Part shown: in pieces, positions 30,563 through 40,208 of the stretch
Layout: each line of letters begins with the position of its first letter
How positions within the stretch are numbered: position 1 is the first letter of the stretch
Assembly (NCBI GenBank): GCA_965218435.1
Contig: CBDCKW010000009.1
Coordinates: 192,001-256,000, forward strand
Source: Truepera sp.
GTDB lineage: Bacteria; Deinococcota; Deinococci; Deinococcales; Trueperaceae
Direction: 5' to 3'
DNA: 64,000 nt
The notes under the pieces: generated by a model
Told to the model about the DNA's origin: nothing
Database searches by the model: none
What the model saw: the letters and a program-made list of their open reading frames with translations, nothing else
Program-made: the position numbers and the translations under genes

Positions 30563-31435
30563 GTGGCAAATACCTTAGCTTCCGGGTCCCGAACGCACTT
30601 TAGGCAACGTACCTTGAGAGTGCTGCTTTACTTGCTTTGTACCGTTTTGGCCGTTCTGTTTCTGGCCCCTATCGTGCTGGCGCTGCTCAGCTCGCTTAAA
30701 ACCCCGAGTGAGGCTTCGGCAGTACCTCCAACCTTCGTGCCGAGTAAGCTCAGCTTTGAAAATTATCGCCTTTTAAGCGAGTACGGCGCGGGGTTGTGGC
30801 GTTACGTTTATAACAGCACGGTCGTCGCCCTCTTTACGGTGTTAGGCACGCTGGTGTTAAGCCTGTTGGGGGGCTTCGGCTTCGCCCGCTTCTCTTTTCC
30901 GGGCAAAAACATCTTGTTTATCGTCGTTTTGTCCACCCTGATGATTCCGTTTCAGTCTATTTTGACCCCGTTATTTGTCATTTTGGGCGTGCTCAAGCTG
31001 CAAAATACGCTGCTCGGGTTGATCTTCGTCTACATCGCCTTTCAACTTCCATTCGGCCTATTCCTAATGCGCAACAGTTTTGAGACGATTCCCAGAGAGC
31101 TCGAGGAGTCCGCCCTGCTCGACGGCTGTACGCCTCTAGGGATGCTCTTTCGGGTGATGCTCCGGCTCGTTGCACCGGGGCTGGTCACCGTGGCCCTGTA
31201 CGCCTTTATCAATTCGTGGAATGAGTTTTTAGCCGCGCTTATCTTTATGAATCAGGAGAACAACTATACCTTGCCGATCATGCTGGTGACCGTCAGAAGC
31301 GGGCTTTACGGTCAGGTCAATTGGGGGGCGCTGCAAGCGGGTGTAGTGATCGCCATCATCCCCTGTGTGTTGCTGTTTTTGCTGCTGCAACGCTACTATG
31401 TCGAAGGGCTGACCGGCGGGGCGGTCAAAGGTTAG
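30563..31435 (+). CDS. Sugar ABC permease (MalG type)
   Basis: LEESALLDG, SWNEF, GAVKG. Confidence 0.92.
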   Translation: MANTLASGSRTHFRQRTLRVLLYLLCTVLAVLFLAPIVLALLSSLKTPSEASAVPPTFVPSKLSFENYRLLSEYGAGLWRYVYNSTVVALFTVLGTLVLSLLGGFGFARFSFPGKNILFIVVLSTLMIPFQSILTPLFVILGVLKLQNTLLGLIFVYIAFQLPFGLFLMRNSFETIPRELEESALLDGCTPLGMLFRVMLRLVAPGLVTVALYAFINSWNEFLAALIFMNQENNYTLPIMLVTVRSGLYGQVNWGALQAGVVIAIIPCVLLFLLLQRYYVEGLTGGAVKG

Positions 31436-31803
31436 CCGACCTAATAGAGAGACCTATGGCTTGCTTTATTCGGCCCGCAAGACCCCGTACCGCTGGGCCA
31501 AAAGCCAGCTGGGTCAAAAGACAGCATAGCGACCGAGGCTCGAGCACACCATCTGACTCGCTCAACCGTCAGATTTCTTTAGCCAGTTCTCTTCGTCACC
31601 TCGCGCTGACGGTATGGTCTACAAACACAGTACATAAACCTAAAAAAGTTGACGTAAAGACCACCTCACGGTAAAACGTAAAGCGGTCTGTAAAATATGG
31701 CGTACCGGACGATAAGCAAGGAGTAAGAAAGTGGCAGCTAAACAACGAAACCAGCGTCTCTTATGCACTTAAAGCAGCACAACAAAAGCAAACGTCAGCA
31801 AAA

Positions 31804-33768
31804 TTAGTTGAGCGTTTCACTTGCGCGAGGTAGTGCGCCGAGAGCCGGGTTTTGCTGCTCGAGTAGCAGCGCAAACTCGTCTCCAGGCATCGGCCGTGCA
31901 AAAAAGAAACCCTGACCGACGTGACAGCCGAGGTCGCGGAGGAGTTCAAACTGCTCGCCCGTTTCGATCCCTTCAGCGACGAGTTCGACGTCTAAGTTTT
32001 GCGCGAGTTTGACAATCGCTTCAACGAGGGCGAGCGCGTAGTGCGGCGCACGGCGCGGTGCGCTCAGGTCGCGGACAAACGAGCGGTCGAGCTTGATGGT
32101 GTCAATCGGAAAGTCGCGTAAGTATGAGAGCGACGAGTAGCCGGTCCCGAAGTCGTCAATAGCGACGGTGATGTTTGAACGTTTGAGGTCGCGCAGGTTG
32201 CGCCGGACGACCTCGGGGTTACGGAGCATGATGCTTTCGGTCAGCTCGAGCTCCAAATAACTGGGCTCCAAGCGCGAGCGTTTCAGCGCCTCCATGACCG
32301 ACTCACCAAAGGTCGGTTGCGCGAACTGTAACGCCGACACATTGACGCTGACCCGCACCGCCGAACCTGCGAGTTCCCAGTGGCGCGCTCGCTGCGTGGC
32401 TGTTTGCAGCACCCAGTTGCCGAGTGGGACGATGTAACCGCTGCTCTCAGCGAGTGGGATAAAGTCGGCCGGTGAAATCCAACCCCGTTCGGGGTGCTGC
32501 CAGCGCAGCAGCGCCTCAGCTTTGACGAGCCGACCGCTGCGTAGGTCAAAAAGTGGTTGGTAAAAGAGCTGAAGTTCTCCGCGCGTCAGGGCCTGCCGGA
32601 GGTCACGCTCCAAGGTTTTATGGGTTTCGCTCGCCGCATCTACAGTTTTGTGATAGCGTTTGACGCCGTTTTTACCTGAACGCTTCACGTGGTACATGGC
32701 GCTGTCGGCGTGTCTAAGTAGTTCGGTAGGGTCGGCGGCGTCGTCGGGGGAGACGCTCACCCCGATACTCGCGCCGATGTGAAACACCTGCGCGTCGATA
32801 AAAAACGGCTCATCAAGGGTTCGTTTAATCTTTTCGGCGACGCTGACCCCCTCACTGCTCGCTTTAAGACCGCGCAGCAAAACGACGAACTCGTCGCCAC
32901 TGATACGCGCCAAAAGGTCGGTCTGCCGAGTTGAACGCCGTAGCCGCTCGGCAATTTGCATCAGCAGCAGGTCGCCCGCCTCGTGCCCCATCGTGTCGTT
33001 GACCAGTTTGAAGCCGTCGATGTCGATAAAAAGCAGCGCAAAAATCTTTTGCGGTTCTGTAGCGGTAGCCGCGTGCTTAAGTTGCTCCTCGAGCGCCAGA
33101 CGGTTGGGTAGTCCGGTTAAAAGGTCGGTATAGGCCAGCCGCTCCATCGTCTCGACGTGAGCCTGCGAACGGACAAAGCGGCCCATATAGCGGCTGAAAT
33201 AGTAGGTCAGCGCGTGAAAGGTAAGGTTTGCCAGTAGCAGCTGGGCGAGCGCCTGGACTTGTCCGTAGTTTTCTCCAGCCCATAAGTTCGTCGCGCTATA
33301 GACCAGCGCCAAACCGACCATCGCCGCGAGACACGATGAGGCGATCAGCCGTCCCGCCCTAAAGAGGGGCAAAAGCGAGGTGAGGACGTAGAGCGCCGGA
33401 AGCCACGGAAAGGTCTCGCTCAGCTCCCTAAAAAAATTTTCGCCGGGGGGTAAAAAGTAAAGAATATAGACGAGCTTACTTAAAAAGAACAGTGACGCCG
33501 CGCTCATCGTGCCTAAAAAAGCGCGTTCAAACGAGACCACGCGGAGCTGTAACAGTGCGGCGATGAGGAGCAGCGCGCCCGCAAAAACGGGGTACATCAG
33601 CGTGTCGTAAGGTGACGCTTGGGCTCCGAGTCGCTCGAGCGCCAGCCCCAGGAGGAGCGCCAGTGCCGGAACAGGCAGCGCGACTAAAAAGGCGCGCCGC
33701 CAATTTTGCTGCGGTGTCTGGCCTAACTCGGTAAGTCTTCTGATAAACGGTCTTAACATTCGGCTCAT
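31804..33768 (-). CDS. Membrane-anchored diguanylate cyclase/phosphodiesterase (GGDEF-EAL)
   Basis: About 6 N-terminal hydrophobic segments; DLLTGLPNR, NDTMGH and RISGDEF; EALLRW, ELTE, DDFGTGYSS, KLD and EGIE. Confidence 0.93.
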   Translation of the reverse strand: MSRMLRPFIRRLTELGQTPQQNWRRAFLVALPVPALALLLGLALERLGAQASPYDTLMYPVFAGALLLIAALLQLRVVSFERAFLGTMSAASLFFLSKLVYILYFLPPGENFFRELSETFPWLPALYVLTSLLPLFRAGRLIASSCLAAMVGLALVYSATNLWAGENYGQVQALAQLLLANLTFHALTYYFSRYMGRFVRSQAHVETMERLAYTDLLTGLPNRLALEEQLKHAATATEPQKIFALLFIDIDGFKLVNDTMGHEAGDLLLMQIAERLRRSTRQTDLLARISGDEFVVLLRGLKASSEGVSVAEKIKRTLDEPFFIDAQVFHIGASIGVSVSPDDAADPTELLRHADSAMYHVKRSGKNGVKRYHKTVDAASETHKTLERDLRQALTRGELQLFYQPLFDLRSGRLVKAEALLRWQHPERGWISPADFIPLAESSGYIVPLGNWVLQTATQRARHWELAGSAVRVSVNVSALQFAQPTFGESVMEALKRSRLEPSYLELELTESIMLRNPEVVRRNLRDLKRSNITVAIDDFGTGYSSLSYLRDFPIDTIKLDRSFVRDLSAPRRAPHYALALVEAIVKLAQNLDVELVAEGIETGEQFELLRDLGCHVGQGFFFARPMPGDEFALLLEQQNPALGALPRASETLN

Positions 33769-34018
33769 CTAGCGAGGGTCGGAGGGATAAAAAACGTTGG
33801 GTTAGGGCGACCGGTAACCATGTGTACTCTAAGATACACATGAAGAGGCTCGTTTGGATTTGCAAAGCCCACATCGCGCAGCTTTGGTCGTCGTTCCGGC
33901 TGGTTCTACGCTGGTACTAGAGCGTTGGTACTAGACCGAAGGTGTAGCCCAAAACTCGCTCTGGGTCATAGCTCAAAAGCCTTAGTCACTCAGATTAGAA
34001 ACATGATAGGGTTATTAA

Positions 34019-34897
34019 GTGACTCTGCCTCTCAATGCCGCGACCGACCCCTCCTATCTGTCCGAGATCGCCGAAGCGAAGCTGTTAAGGCGTATCTGCG
34101 TTTCAAAACCCTACTACGCGCTCAGTAGTCCTGTACAAGTAGGCAACACGTTTTACGCCAGCGCCGCCGCCGACTTGCCCCTCGGAGCCGAAGTCGGGCC
34201 GATGGGCAGCGCCGAAGTCAGCCGTCACGCGGCGATCTCAGGATTGTGCGCCGCCGCTCTCGCCCAAAACGACGATGACCGGCGCTTTTACCTGGCGCAA
34301 CGCGCCGAGTATTGGGGCGTCCCGAACGGGGCACCTTACGGGTCGCCGGTGACCTTTGCCGCCACCTTGCAAACTCTGAGCAAACGCGGCGCACGCTCCC
34401 AAATCGTCGTTCAGGCGGAGGCCAAACCGCTGGCAAAACTCGTTGTTGATTACACGATCTTAACCGAATACGCGTTCGGCCGACTTTTTCGTACACACTA
34501 CCGACCGACCGAGCCACAAGCCGCGATGGACGTCTCTCTGCCCGGAGACGCCCAGAGCTCCGGTGACCGGTCGGTCTACGATGTGCCTGCGCTGCCGGAA
34601 ACGGTTTGTGCGGGTCACTTCGCGGATTATCCGGCGTTGCCGGTGGCGCTCCTGATGGGTCAACTAGGGGCGGTCGCGTGGCGACTGTTGGACTCGGCGC
34701 GGTGGCGCGGTGTCCGGGCAAGCGTCAACGCGACCGACCTCTGCTGGGCCGGAGAACGGGTTCGTTTTGAGGCGACCCGCGCCGTTTCTCCTGCTGCAAA
34801 TCCTGCAGCAGGAGAAACGCAGCATACGTTTAGCTGCCGCGTCAGCGCCGAAGACCGGCTCGTCTGCACCGCCGAGCTAGGGCTCGAGGCTCACTAA
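34019..34897 (+). CDS. Uncharacterised probable double-hotdog-fold protein
   Basis: C-half has a FabZ-like GHFADYPALP; N-half has a central helix AEVSRHAAI followed by hotdog-like strands; TG-A-TAGGGT lies 6 nt before the GTG. Confidence 0.6.
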   Translation: MTLPLNAATDPSYLSEIAEAKLLRRICVSKPYYALSSPVQVGNTFYASAAADLPLGAEVGPMGSAEVSRHAAISGLCAAALAQNDDDRRFYLAQRAEYWGVPNGAPYGSPVTFAATLQTLSKRGARSQIVVQAEAKPLAKLVVDYTILTEYAFGRLFRTHYRPTEPQAAMDVSLPGDAQSSGDRSVYDVPALPETVCAGHFADYPALPVALLMGQLGAVAWRLLDSARWRGVRASVNATDLCWAGERVRFEATRAVSPAANPAAGETQHTFSCRVSAEDRLVCTAELGLEAH

Positions 34898-35174
34898 CCC
34901 AATAACTAAAGCTTCGCTGCCAGGCTGTATCAGCTGTTGTCATCGCGCTTATGTGTATAAGATTTTATGTGCGTAAGAGCGCCAGCCTCCCAGAGCCTGA
35001 CAACTGCTAAATAGCGTGTTTTGTAGCTCGACTTCTTTTATGTAGCACACTCTAAACGCCGCCAACTAAGTTCAGAATGACCCTACCTGGTTCGTACATC
35101 CAAATCCGGCGCAACCGGGTATACCTTTGTAGAGCTGCTCACTTAGGCATCTACGATGTTCCGGTAGCTCTGGG

Positions 35175-35210
35175 ACGCGCATCCATCCCCCCGGCGGGTG
35201 CGCGTTTTTT
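35175..35210 (+). terminator. Intrinsic terminator in a long intergenic region
   Basis: ACGCGCATCC...GGGTGCGCGT followed by a T-run. Confidence 0.7.
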
Positions 35211-35632
35211 CATGCCGCTAAGCAGCTATCATGCCTGGCAGGGCCGATACCGACACCTGTTCTGCGACATTTACAAGGTAAAAAACCCTCTACGCTGTGA
35301 GAGTCCGAACCTATCCAGGTTGGTGTAGCCGACGTGAATAGAGTTACCTCGAGCCGTTCTATCTTCAATTTTCAGACGGGTACCGCTATGCTACGAACCA
35401 GCGCCACTCGTTGCTGCACCCTTCGCAACCTCACAAACGTCTACAGACAAAGCGCCGGTTTGGGCCGTAAAACGCTTTTGTTTTTTGGCCGTTTCGTGTC
35501 GTATACTCGCCGTAGTGCTCGCGCAAAGGATGAAGTTCTCTTTACAAAACCCTGGGGTAGCGTCAGGTGCTCCCTTGCTAGGATGCGCCCTATGATGTGC
35601 GTCACCCTCTCATGTTGGTTTTTAGGTGCTCA

Positions 35633-36007
35633 ATGAACGCACTTTTACTTTGCTTTATGCTCGCCCAGACTTTGACCGGTGCGCACGAGCTGGCTCCCGG
35701 TACGGTTGTTACGCTGGCTGCTTCTCCCAATCTCGTACCGGTTTACGGCTCTGCAAAACTAGAACAGCACAAACTTGTTTTTAATGTGTCACTCGAGCCC
35801 GAAACTGAAGTCAGGGTGCTGATTATTCCGCCGGGTGGCGAATCGGTCGCGAGCGGAGCCCCTTACGGCCGTATCGGACCTACCGGCGACGACATCTTCG
35901 TACAGTTTGAGGGCGCTGCTCAAGCGGTTTCTTTACGCAAATGGCTCGCTGACGAGTACGGCGTTGACCTGATCTTCCCGTCGCCCGGGAATTCGTCCGG
36001 AAATTGA
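35633..36007 (+). CDS. Small hypothetical exported protein upstream of the response regulator
   Basis: Hydrophobic N-terminus; stop is 12 nt before the regulator start. Confidence 0.6.
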   Translation: MNALLLCFMLAQTLTGAHELAPGTVVTLAASPNLVPVYGSAKLEQHKLVFNVSLEPETEVRVLIIPPGGESVASGAPYGRIGPTGDDIFVQFEGAAQAVSLRKWLADEYGVDLIFPSPGNSSGN

Positions 36008-36019
36008 GGAAGCTATGAC

Positions 36020-36730
36020 ATGCCGATAGATACAAACGCCCCCAAAGCCGCGCCGAACGCGCTACGCGAAAAGCATATCTTGATCGTTGAAGACGACCAA
36101 GACATCAGCCGTCTGCTAAGTCTCGAGCTCTCCGAAGCAGGGTTTCGGGTCACAGCTTGTGACACCGGGATGCGCGGCCTCGCCGCCGCCCGTGAAGAAG
36201 AGCCCGACCTGATCGTGCTTGATTTAGGGTTGCCCGATATCAGCGGCGCTGAAATCGCCAGACGCGTCCGTAAAACGAGCACGACGCCGATCGTGATCTT
36301 AACCGCCGCCGACGACGTGACGACCAAGGTTGACATGCTGAACGCCGGGGCGGACGACTACCTCGCCAAACCCTTTCACGCCGAGGAGCTGCTCGCGCGT
36401 ATCCGGGTGCAGCTTAGACATCAAAACGCCGGAGCAGCGCAGAGCGTCGGGGACCTCCTGCTCGACACGCACCGCCGTCAGCTCTACTGGGACGAACAAG
36501 AGGTGCGCCTCTCACCCCGCGAATTTGACCTGATCGTCTACCTTTGCGGCGCACCCGGACGCGTGTACACGCGCCAAGAGATCGAGCAAAATGTCTGGGG
36601 TGAAGAGCTGCCGCCGTCGTCTAATGTGGTTGACGTCCATATCGCCAACATTCGCGCCAAGCTTCGTGAGGTAGGGGGTTACGGTCTGATTCGGACGGTA
36701 CGCGGAATCGGCTACGCGATTAAGAGCTGA
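36020..36730 (+). CDS. OmpR/PhoB-family response regulator
   Basis: LIVEDD, LDLGLPD, GADDYLAKPF, SNVVDVHIANIRAKL, TVRGIGY. Confidence 0.95.
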   Translation: MPIDTNAPKAAPNALREKHILIVEDDQDISRLLSLELSEAGFRVTACDTGMRGLAAAREEEPDLIVLDLGLPDISGAEIARRVRKTSTTPIVILTAADDVTTKVDMLNAGADDYLAKPFHAEELLARIRVQLRHQNAGAAQSVGDLLLDTHRRQLYWDEQEVRLSPREFDLIVYLCGAPGRVYTRQEIEQNVWGEELPPSSNVVDVHIANIRAKLREVGGYGLIRTVRGIGYAIKS

Positions 36731-36852
36731 CGCCTCGTCACTAAAACCCTAGCCTTAGCTTCCGGTAGCGTAGCGGGCCGGTCCTACTTTGCGCTGAGCT
36801 AGCTCACGCCTACAGCTCAGCTTGACTTAACTTTGGGGACGGTCGGTTGTTA

Positions 36853-36884
36853 TTAAGCTGAACTTAAGTCTTCTGTGGCACGCT
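36853..36884 (+). promoter_or_regulatory. Direct-repeat box plus -10 (leaderless promoter of the kinase)
   Basis: TTAAG-N6-TTAAG-N10-CACGCT-N6-ATG. Confidence 0.65.
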
Positions 36885-36890
36885 CCTTTT

Positions 36891-38237
36891 ATGATCAACA
36901 GGCGCGGGATTGCGCTGCGGTGGCGGATTGCGATCTTTAGCAGCTTGGCAATTGCCTTTCTCAGTTTGCTGGCGTCGGTAGCGGCTTACGTGGTGGTGCG
37001 CTCGAGCCTCATGGGTGACCTACAGCGAGCACTCAAGGTTGACGTCGCCCGGGTTGCCGCTGCCTACACAACCCCGACCGGTTCTCAAGCCGCGCAGCTT
37101 GGGGCAGGTGACCTGCAAAGCGTCGCCACCGGGGGCGTGATCATTCAGCTCTATACCGGTGCCGGGGAGCGTTTAGCCGCCTCGAACGACGCGACAGCGC
37201 CCCGGTCACCATCTCTACCGGCTAGTGTTGTGACCGCCGCTCTGACCGAACCGCAGTCGTGGCGAGGAGAGTTGGGTGGCAGCCCGATGCAGGCGGCGTT
37301 AGCGCCTGCGAGTCTCGGGGTCGTGGCGGTGTTAGCGCCCACGAGTTATATCGGGGCGGCGCTCGCCCAACTCGCCCGCGTGTTGGCGCTGGCTGCGCTT
37401 TTACTCGTGGTTCTGAGTGTTGCGCTCGGTTACCTTGTCGCGGCGGCGGCGGCGCGTCCGGTCACGCAGCTTGCTAGAGCCGCCGCGCAACTCGACCCGG
37501 GGCAGTTGCAGCCGATCAGCTACACCGGCCCCGACGATGAGGTGGGTAAACTGAGCACCGTGCTCAACGACCTGATCGAACGCCTTAAGCTCTCAGCCGA
37601 GGCGCAGCGCACCTTTTTGGCTGAAACCAGCCACGAACTTCGGACGCCGCTGACCAGCTTGCAAGGCTTTTTAGACCGTTCGGTGCGGCGCTCACCACCT
37701 TCAATGCGGGATGAACTCGAGGACGCCCAGCGCATCGCCCGCGCCATGTCGCGGCTCGTGACCGACTTGTTGCAACTGACCCGGGGTCAGCTCGTCCGCG
37801 ACTACACGCCGCACCTGTTAGACCCCGCGACCGACATCCTCAAACCCGTCGCCGAAGAGTTTCCGGGGGTCAGGCTCGAGGCCCAGGCCGGTCACCTGCT
37901 CCTCGGTGATCCCGACCGCTTGAAACAGCTCGTCCGTAACCTCACCGCCAACGCGGTGCGCGCGACCGACAACCCGCGTAAGGTCACCTTGGGCCTCTTC
38001 ACTACAGGTGAGCACGTGGTTTTGCTGGTGCGCGACCGTGGTCCCGGTATCCCTGAAGAACTGTTACCCCACATCTTTGAAAAGTTTCACAAAGGTGTGG
38101 GCGGCGGCGCGGGCCTGGGCCTAGCGATTGCCAAACAGATTGCCGACGCACACGGCGGGACGCTCTCGGTGGAAAGCTTTAAGGGGCGCGGGACGACGTT
38201 TCGGGTCTCACTGCCGACTGTTGAAGAGGACGAATAG
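36891..38237 (+). CDS. HAMP-domain sensor histidine kinase
   Basis: Two TM segments, HAMP, SHELRTPL, N box, DRGPGI, GLGLAI. Confidence 0.95.
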   Translation: MINRRGIALRWRIAIFSSLAIAFLSLLASVAAYVVVRSSLMGDLQRALKVDVARVAAAYTTPTGSQAAQLGAGDLQSVATGGVIIQLYTGAGERLAASNDATAPRSPSLPASVVTAALTEPQSWRGELGGSPMQAALAPASLGVVAVLAPTSYIGAALAQLARVLALAALLLVVLSVALGYLVAAAAARPVTQLARAAAQLDPGQLQPISYTGPDDEVGKLSTVLNDLIERLKLSAEAQRTFLAETSHELRTPLTSLQGFLDRSVRRSPPSMRDELEDAQRIARAMSRLVTDLLQLTRGQLVRDYTPHLLDPATDILKPVAEEFPGVRLEAQAGHLLLGDPDRLKQLVRNLTANAVRATDNPRKVTLGLFTTGEHVVLLVRDRGPGIPEELLPHIFEKFHKGVGGGAGLGLAIAKQIADAHGGTLSVESFKGRGTTFRVSLPTVEEDE

Positions 38238-38649
38238 GTTTTACGGATGTTCTGTCAGCCAAGGGCGTTTGCGGCGTGCTAGGTGAAGTCGGCTTACAAA
38301 GTGAAATCAAAATACAAGATTAGGAAGTCAGTAGCACGCAAAAAAGGCGTCTCTCACGTACTTAGAGCATGTTATAGACCTTGGTTCCTTCAAGCTGTTT
38401 GGTCAACACTCAGAAAATCCGTTCCGGTCGGGCTTTTTGCACTTTCAGCAGCATCTTTTTTGGGTGTGCTTGGAGCTTACAGGTAGACTCGAACCCGAAG
38501 CGTCTGAACAGTTCAACTGCTGTATGGGATGTACGCTCAGCGGCCACAACCGCAGCCACAGTAGTAGCCACAATCGTCTCAGAGTTTATAACAGGCTCTC
38601 AGTAAGTTGGCTTCGTGTTTGGCACAGCTGGAGATATATACACCTCAGT

Positions 38650-39537
38650 CTAAGGTGCGGGCGGGGTCGGCTCGAGCCCGCCCTCTTTTTCCCCCATCCT
38701 GAGTTCACTGAATAGCATCGCCGCGCCGACCAGCCCAGCGCCGACCCAGCCCCACACGCCTAGTGACTCACCGAGGAGCAAGTAGGCGAACAGCGCGGCA
38801 AAAACGGGCTCGAGGACAAAAATCAGCGCCGCAACAGGCGCGCTCACCACGCGCTGCGCCCGTACCTGTAACACGGACACCAGCGCCGTTGCAACAGCGC
38901 CCAAGTAAACGATAGACCAGACTGAACCCACGCTCAAACTGCCTAGTTTGCCCAACTGCGGCAGCGCCCATACCCACGCCAAGAGCGCCATCGGCCAGAA
39001 CTGCACGGCGGAGAGCTCGAGCGCCCCATACTTAGGTGCCACCTCACCCAAGTAGATGATGTAAAACGCGTAAAAAACCGCGGTTCCCAAAATCCACGGA
39101 TCGCCCGCCGTAATCCCCTGTGCGCCGGTCAAGCTCATCAGGCCGAGACCCACGAGGGCGACAGCGGCTGCCAGATACGCCCGCGCCGGGACACCGTGAC
39201 GAAACCCCCTATAACGGAAATACAGTGCGCTAAAGAGCGGCGTCAAAATCACGCTGAGGCCGGTGATAAAGGCGGCTTTTGAGGCGGTCGTGCTCGCGAG
39301 TCCGACGGTTTGGGTGGCAAAGCCTAAAAACGATAATACGCCTAATATCAGTCCCGGTACGAGAGCTTTTCGGCTCGGCCTGACCCAGGCCAGCAGCAAC
39401 GCAGCAACCGAAAAACGTAGGGCTAACAGCAGAGACGGCGGGACGCTCTTGACAGTTTCTTTGACGATCACAAACGTCGTTCCCCAGACGAGGGTGATCA
39501 GGACAAGTATGAGGACACCGAGGCGGCGAGAGAGCAT
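38650..39537 (-). CDS. DMT/EamA family transporter
   Basis: WGTTF, KAAFITGL and LEPVFA; about 10 TM segments. Confidence 0.9.
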   Translation of the reverse strand: MLSRRLGVLILVLITLVWGTTFVIVKETVKSVPPSLLLALRFSVAALLLAWVRPSRKALVPGLILGVLSFLGFATQTVGLASTTASKAAFITGLSVILTPLFSALYFRYRGFRHGVPARAYLAAAVALVGLGLMSLTGAQGITAGDPWILGTAVFYAFYIIYLGEVAPKYGALELSAVQFWPMALLAWVWALPQLGKLGSLSVGSVWSIVYLGAVATALVSVLQVRAQRVVSAPVAALIFVLEPVFAALFAYLLLGESLGVWGWVGAGLVGAAMLFSELRMGEKEGGLEPTPPAP

Positions 39538-39728
39538 AAAGGTAATTCTGGCACAAGCTGTATATGGCGGGCTCGAGTGCAAGTCTCTGCTGGAAAACCC
39601 GCGTGCAAAAGTTTGCTAAGCCAAACGTCGTTCTAAATGTACGCTTTACCATGCTTAGATCAGCGTCACAAGCAAAATACTAAATTCAATCGAGGAACCT
39701 GCCGAAATCTAGGCTCTACAATAAGATC

Positions 39729-40208
39729 ATGAGCGTTTTAGACGGTTTACGGATTGGTTTTGGGGAAGACGCACACGCGCTGGTACCGGACAGACGGCTG
39801 GTACTCGGCGGCGTTGACGTGCCGAGTTTGCGCGGCGCGGCGGCGCACAGTGATGGGGACGCACTGCTGCACGCGCTGGCCGACGCGCTCTTATCGAGCC
39901 TCGCTCTAGGTGATATCGGGGTGTACTATCCGCCCTCAGCCCCAGCTTTTAAGGATATGGACAGCCGCGAAATCGTCACGCGCTGCCTCGGGACGCTCCA
40001 CTCGCGCGGAGCTGAACTGATCAATGTGGCGCTCGTCGTCACGCTCGACAGCCCCAAACTCGGGCCTTACCGCGCCGACATCGCCGGTAGCGTAGCCAAA
40101 CTGCTCAAACTACCGCCGGAATGTATCGGCCTCGGCTTTAAGACGAGCGAAGGGCTCGCGCCCAACCACGTGCAGGCGCGGGCGACGGTGCTCGTCCGAG
40201 TACGTTAA
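39729..40208 (+). CDS. ispF: 2-C-methyl-D-erythritol 2,4-cyclodiphosphate synthase
   Basis: [24 protein letters not shown]. Confidence 0.95.
   Translation: MSVLDGLRIGFGEDAHALVPDRRLVLGGVDVPSLRGAAAHSDGDALLHALADALLSSLALGDIGVYYPPSAPAFKDMDSREIVTRCLGTLHSRGAELINVALVVTLDSPKLGPYRADIAGSVAKLLKLPPECIGLGFKTSEGLAPNHVQARATVLVRVR

Noticed and set aside
35077..35636. ORFs 35077..35328 and 35334..35636
   Set aside because: Atypical composition; the first runs through a terminator. Only the last 15 codons of the second are kept as a possible micro-ORF.
38470..38500. tRNA-3'-like string GGGTTCGAGTCTACCTGTAAGCTCCA on the minus strand
   Set aside because: The T-stem does not pair and there is no 5' half. The same bases translate as AVELFRRFGFE, more like a GNAT gene relic.
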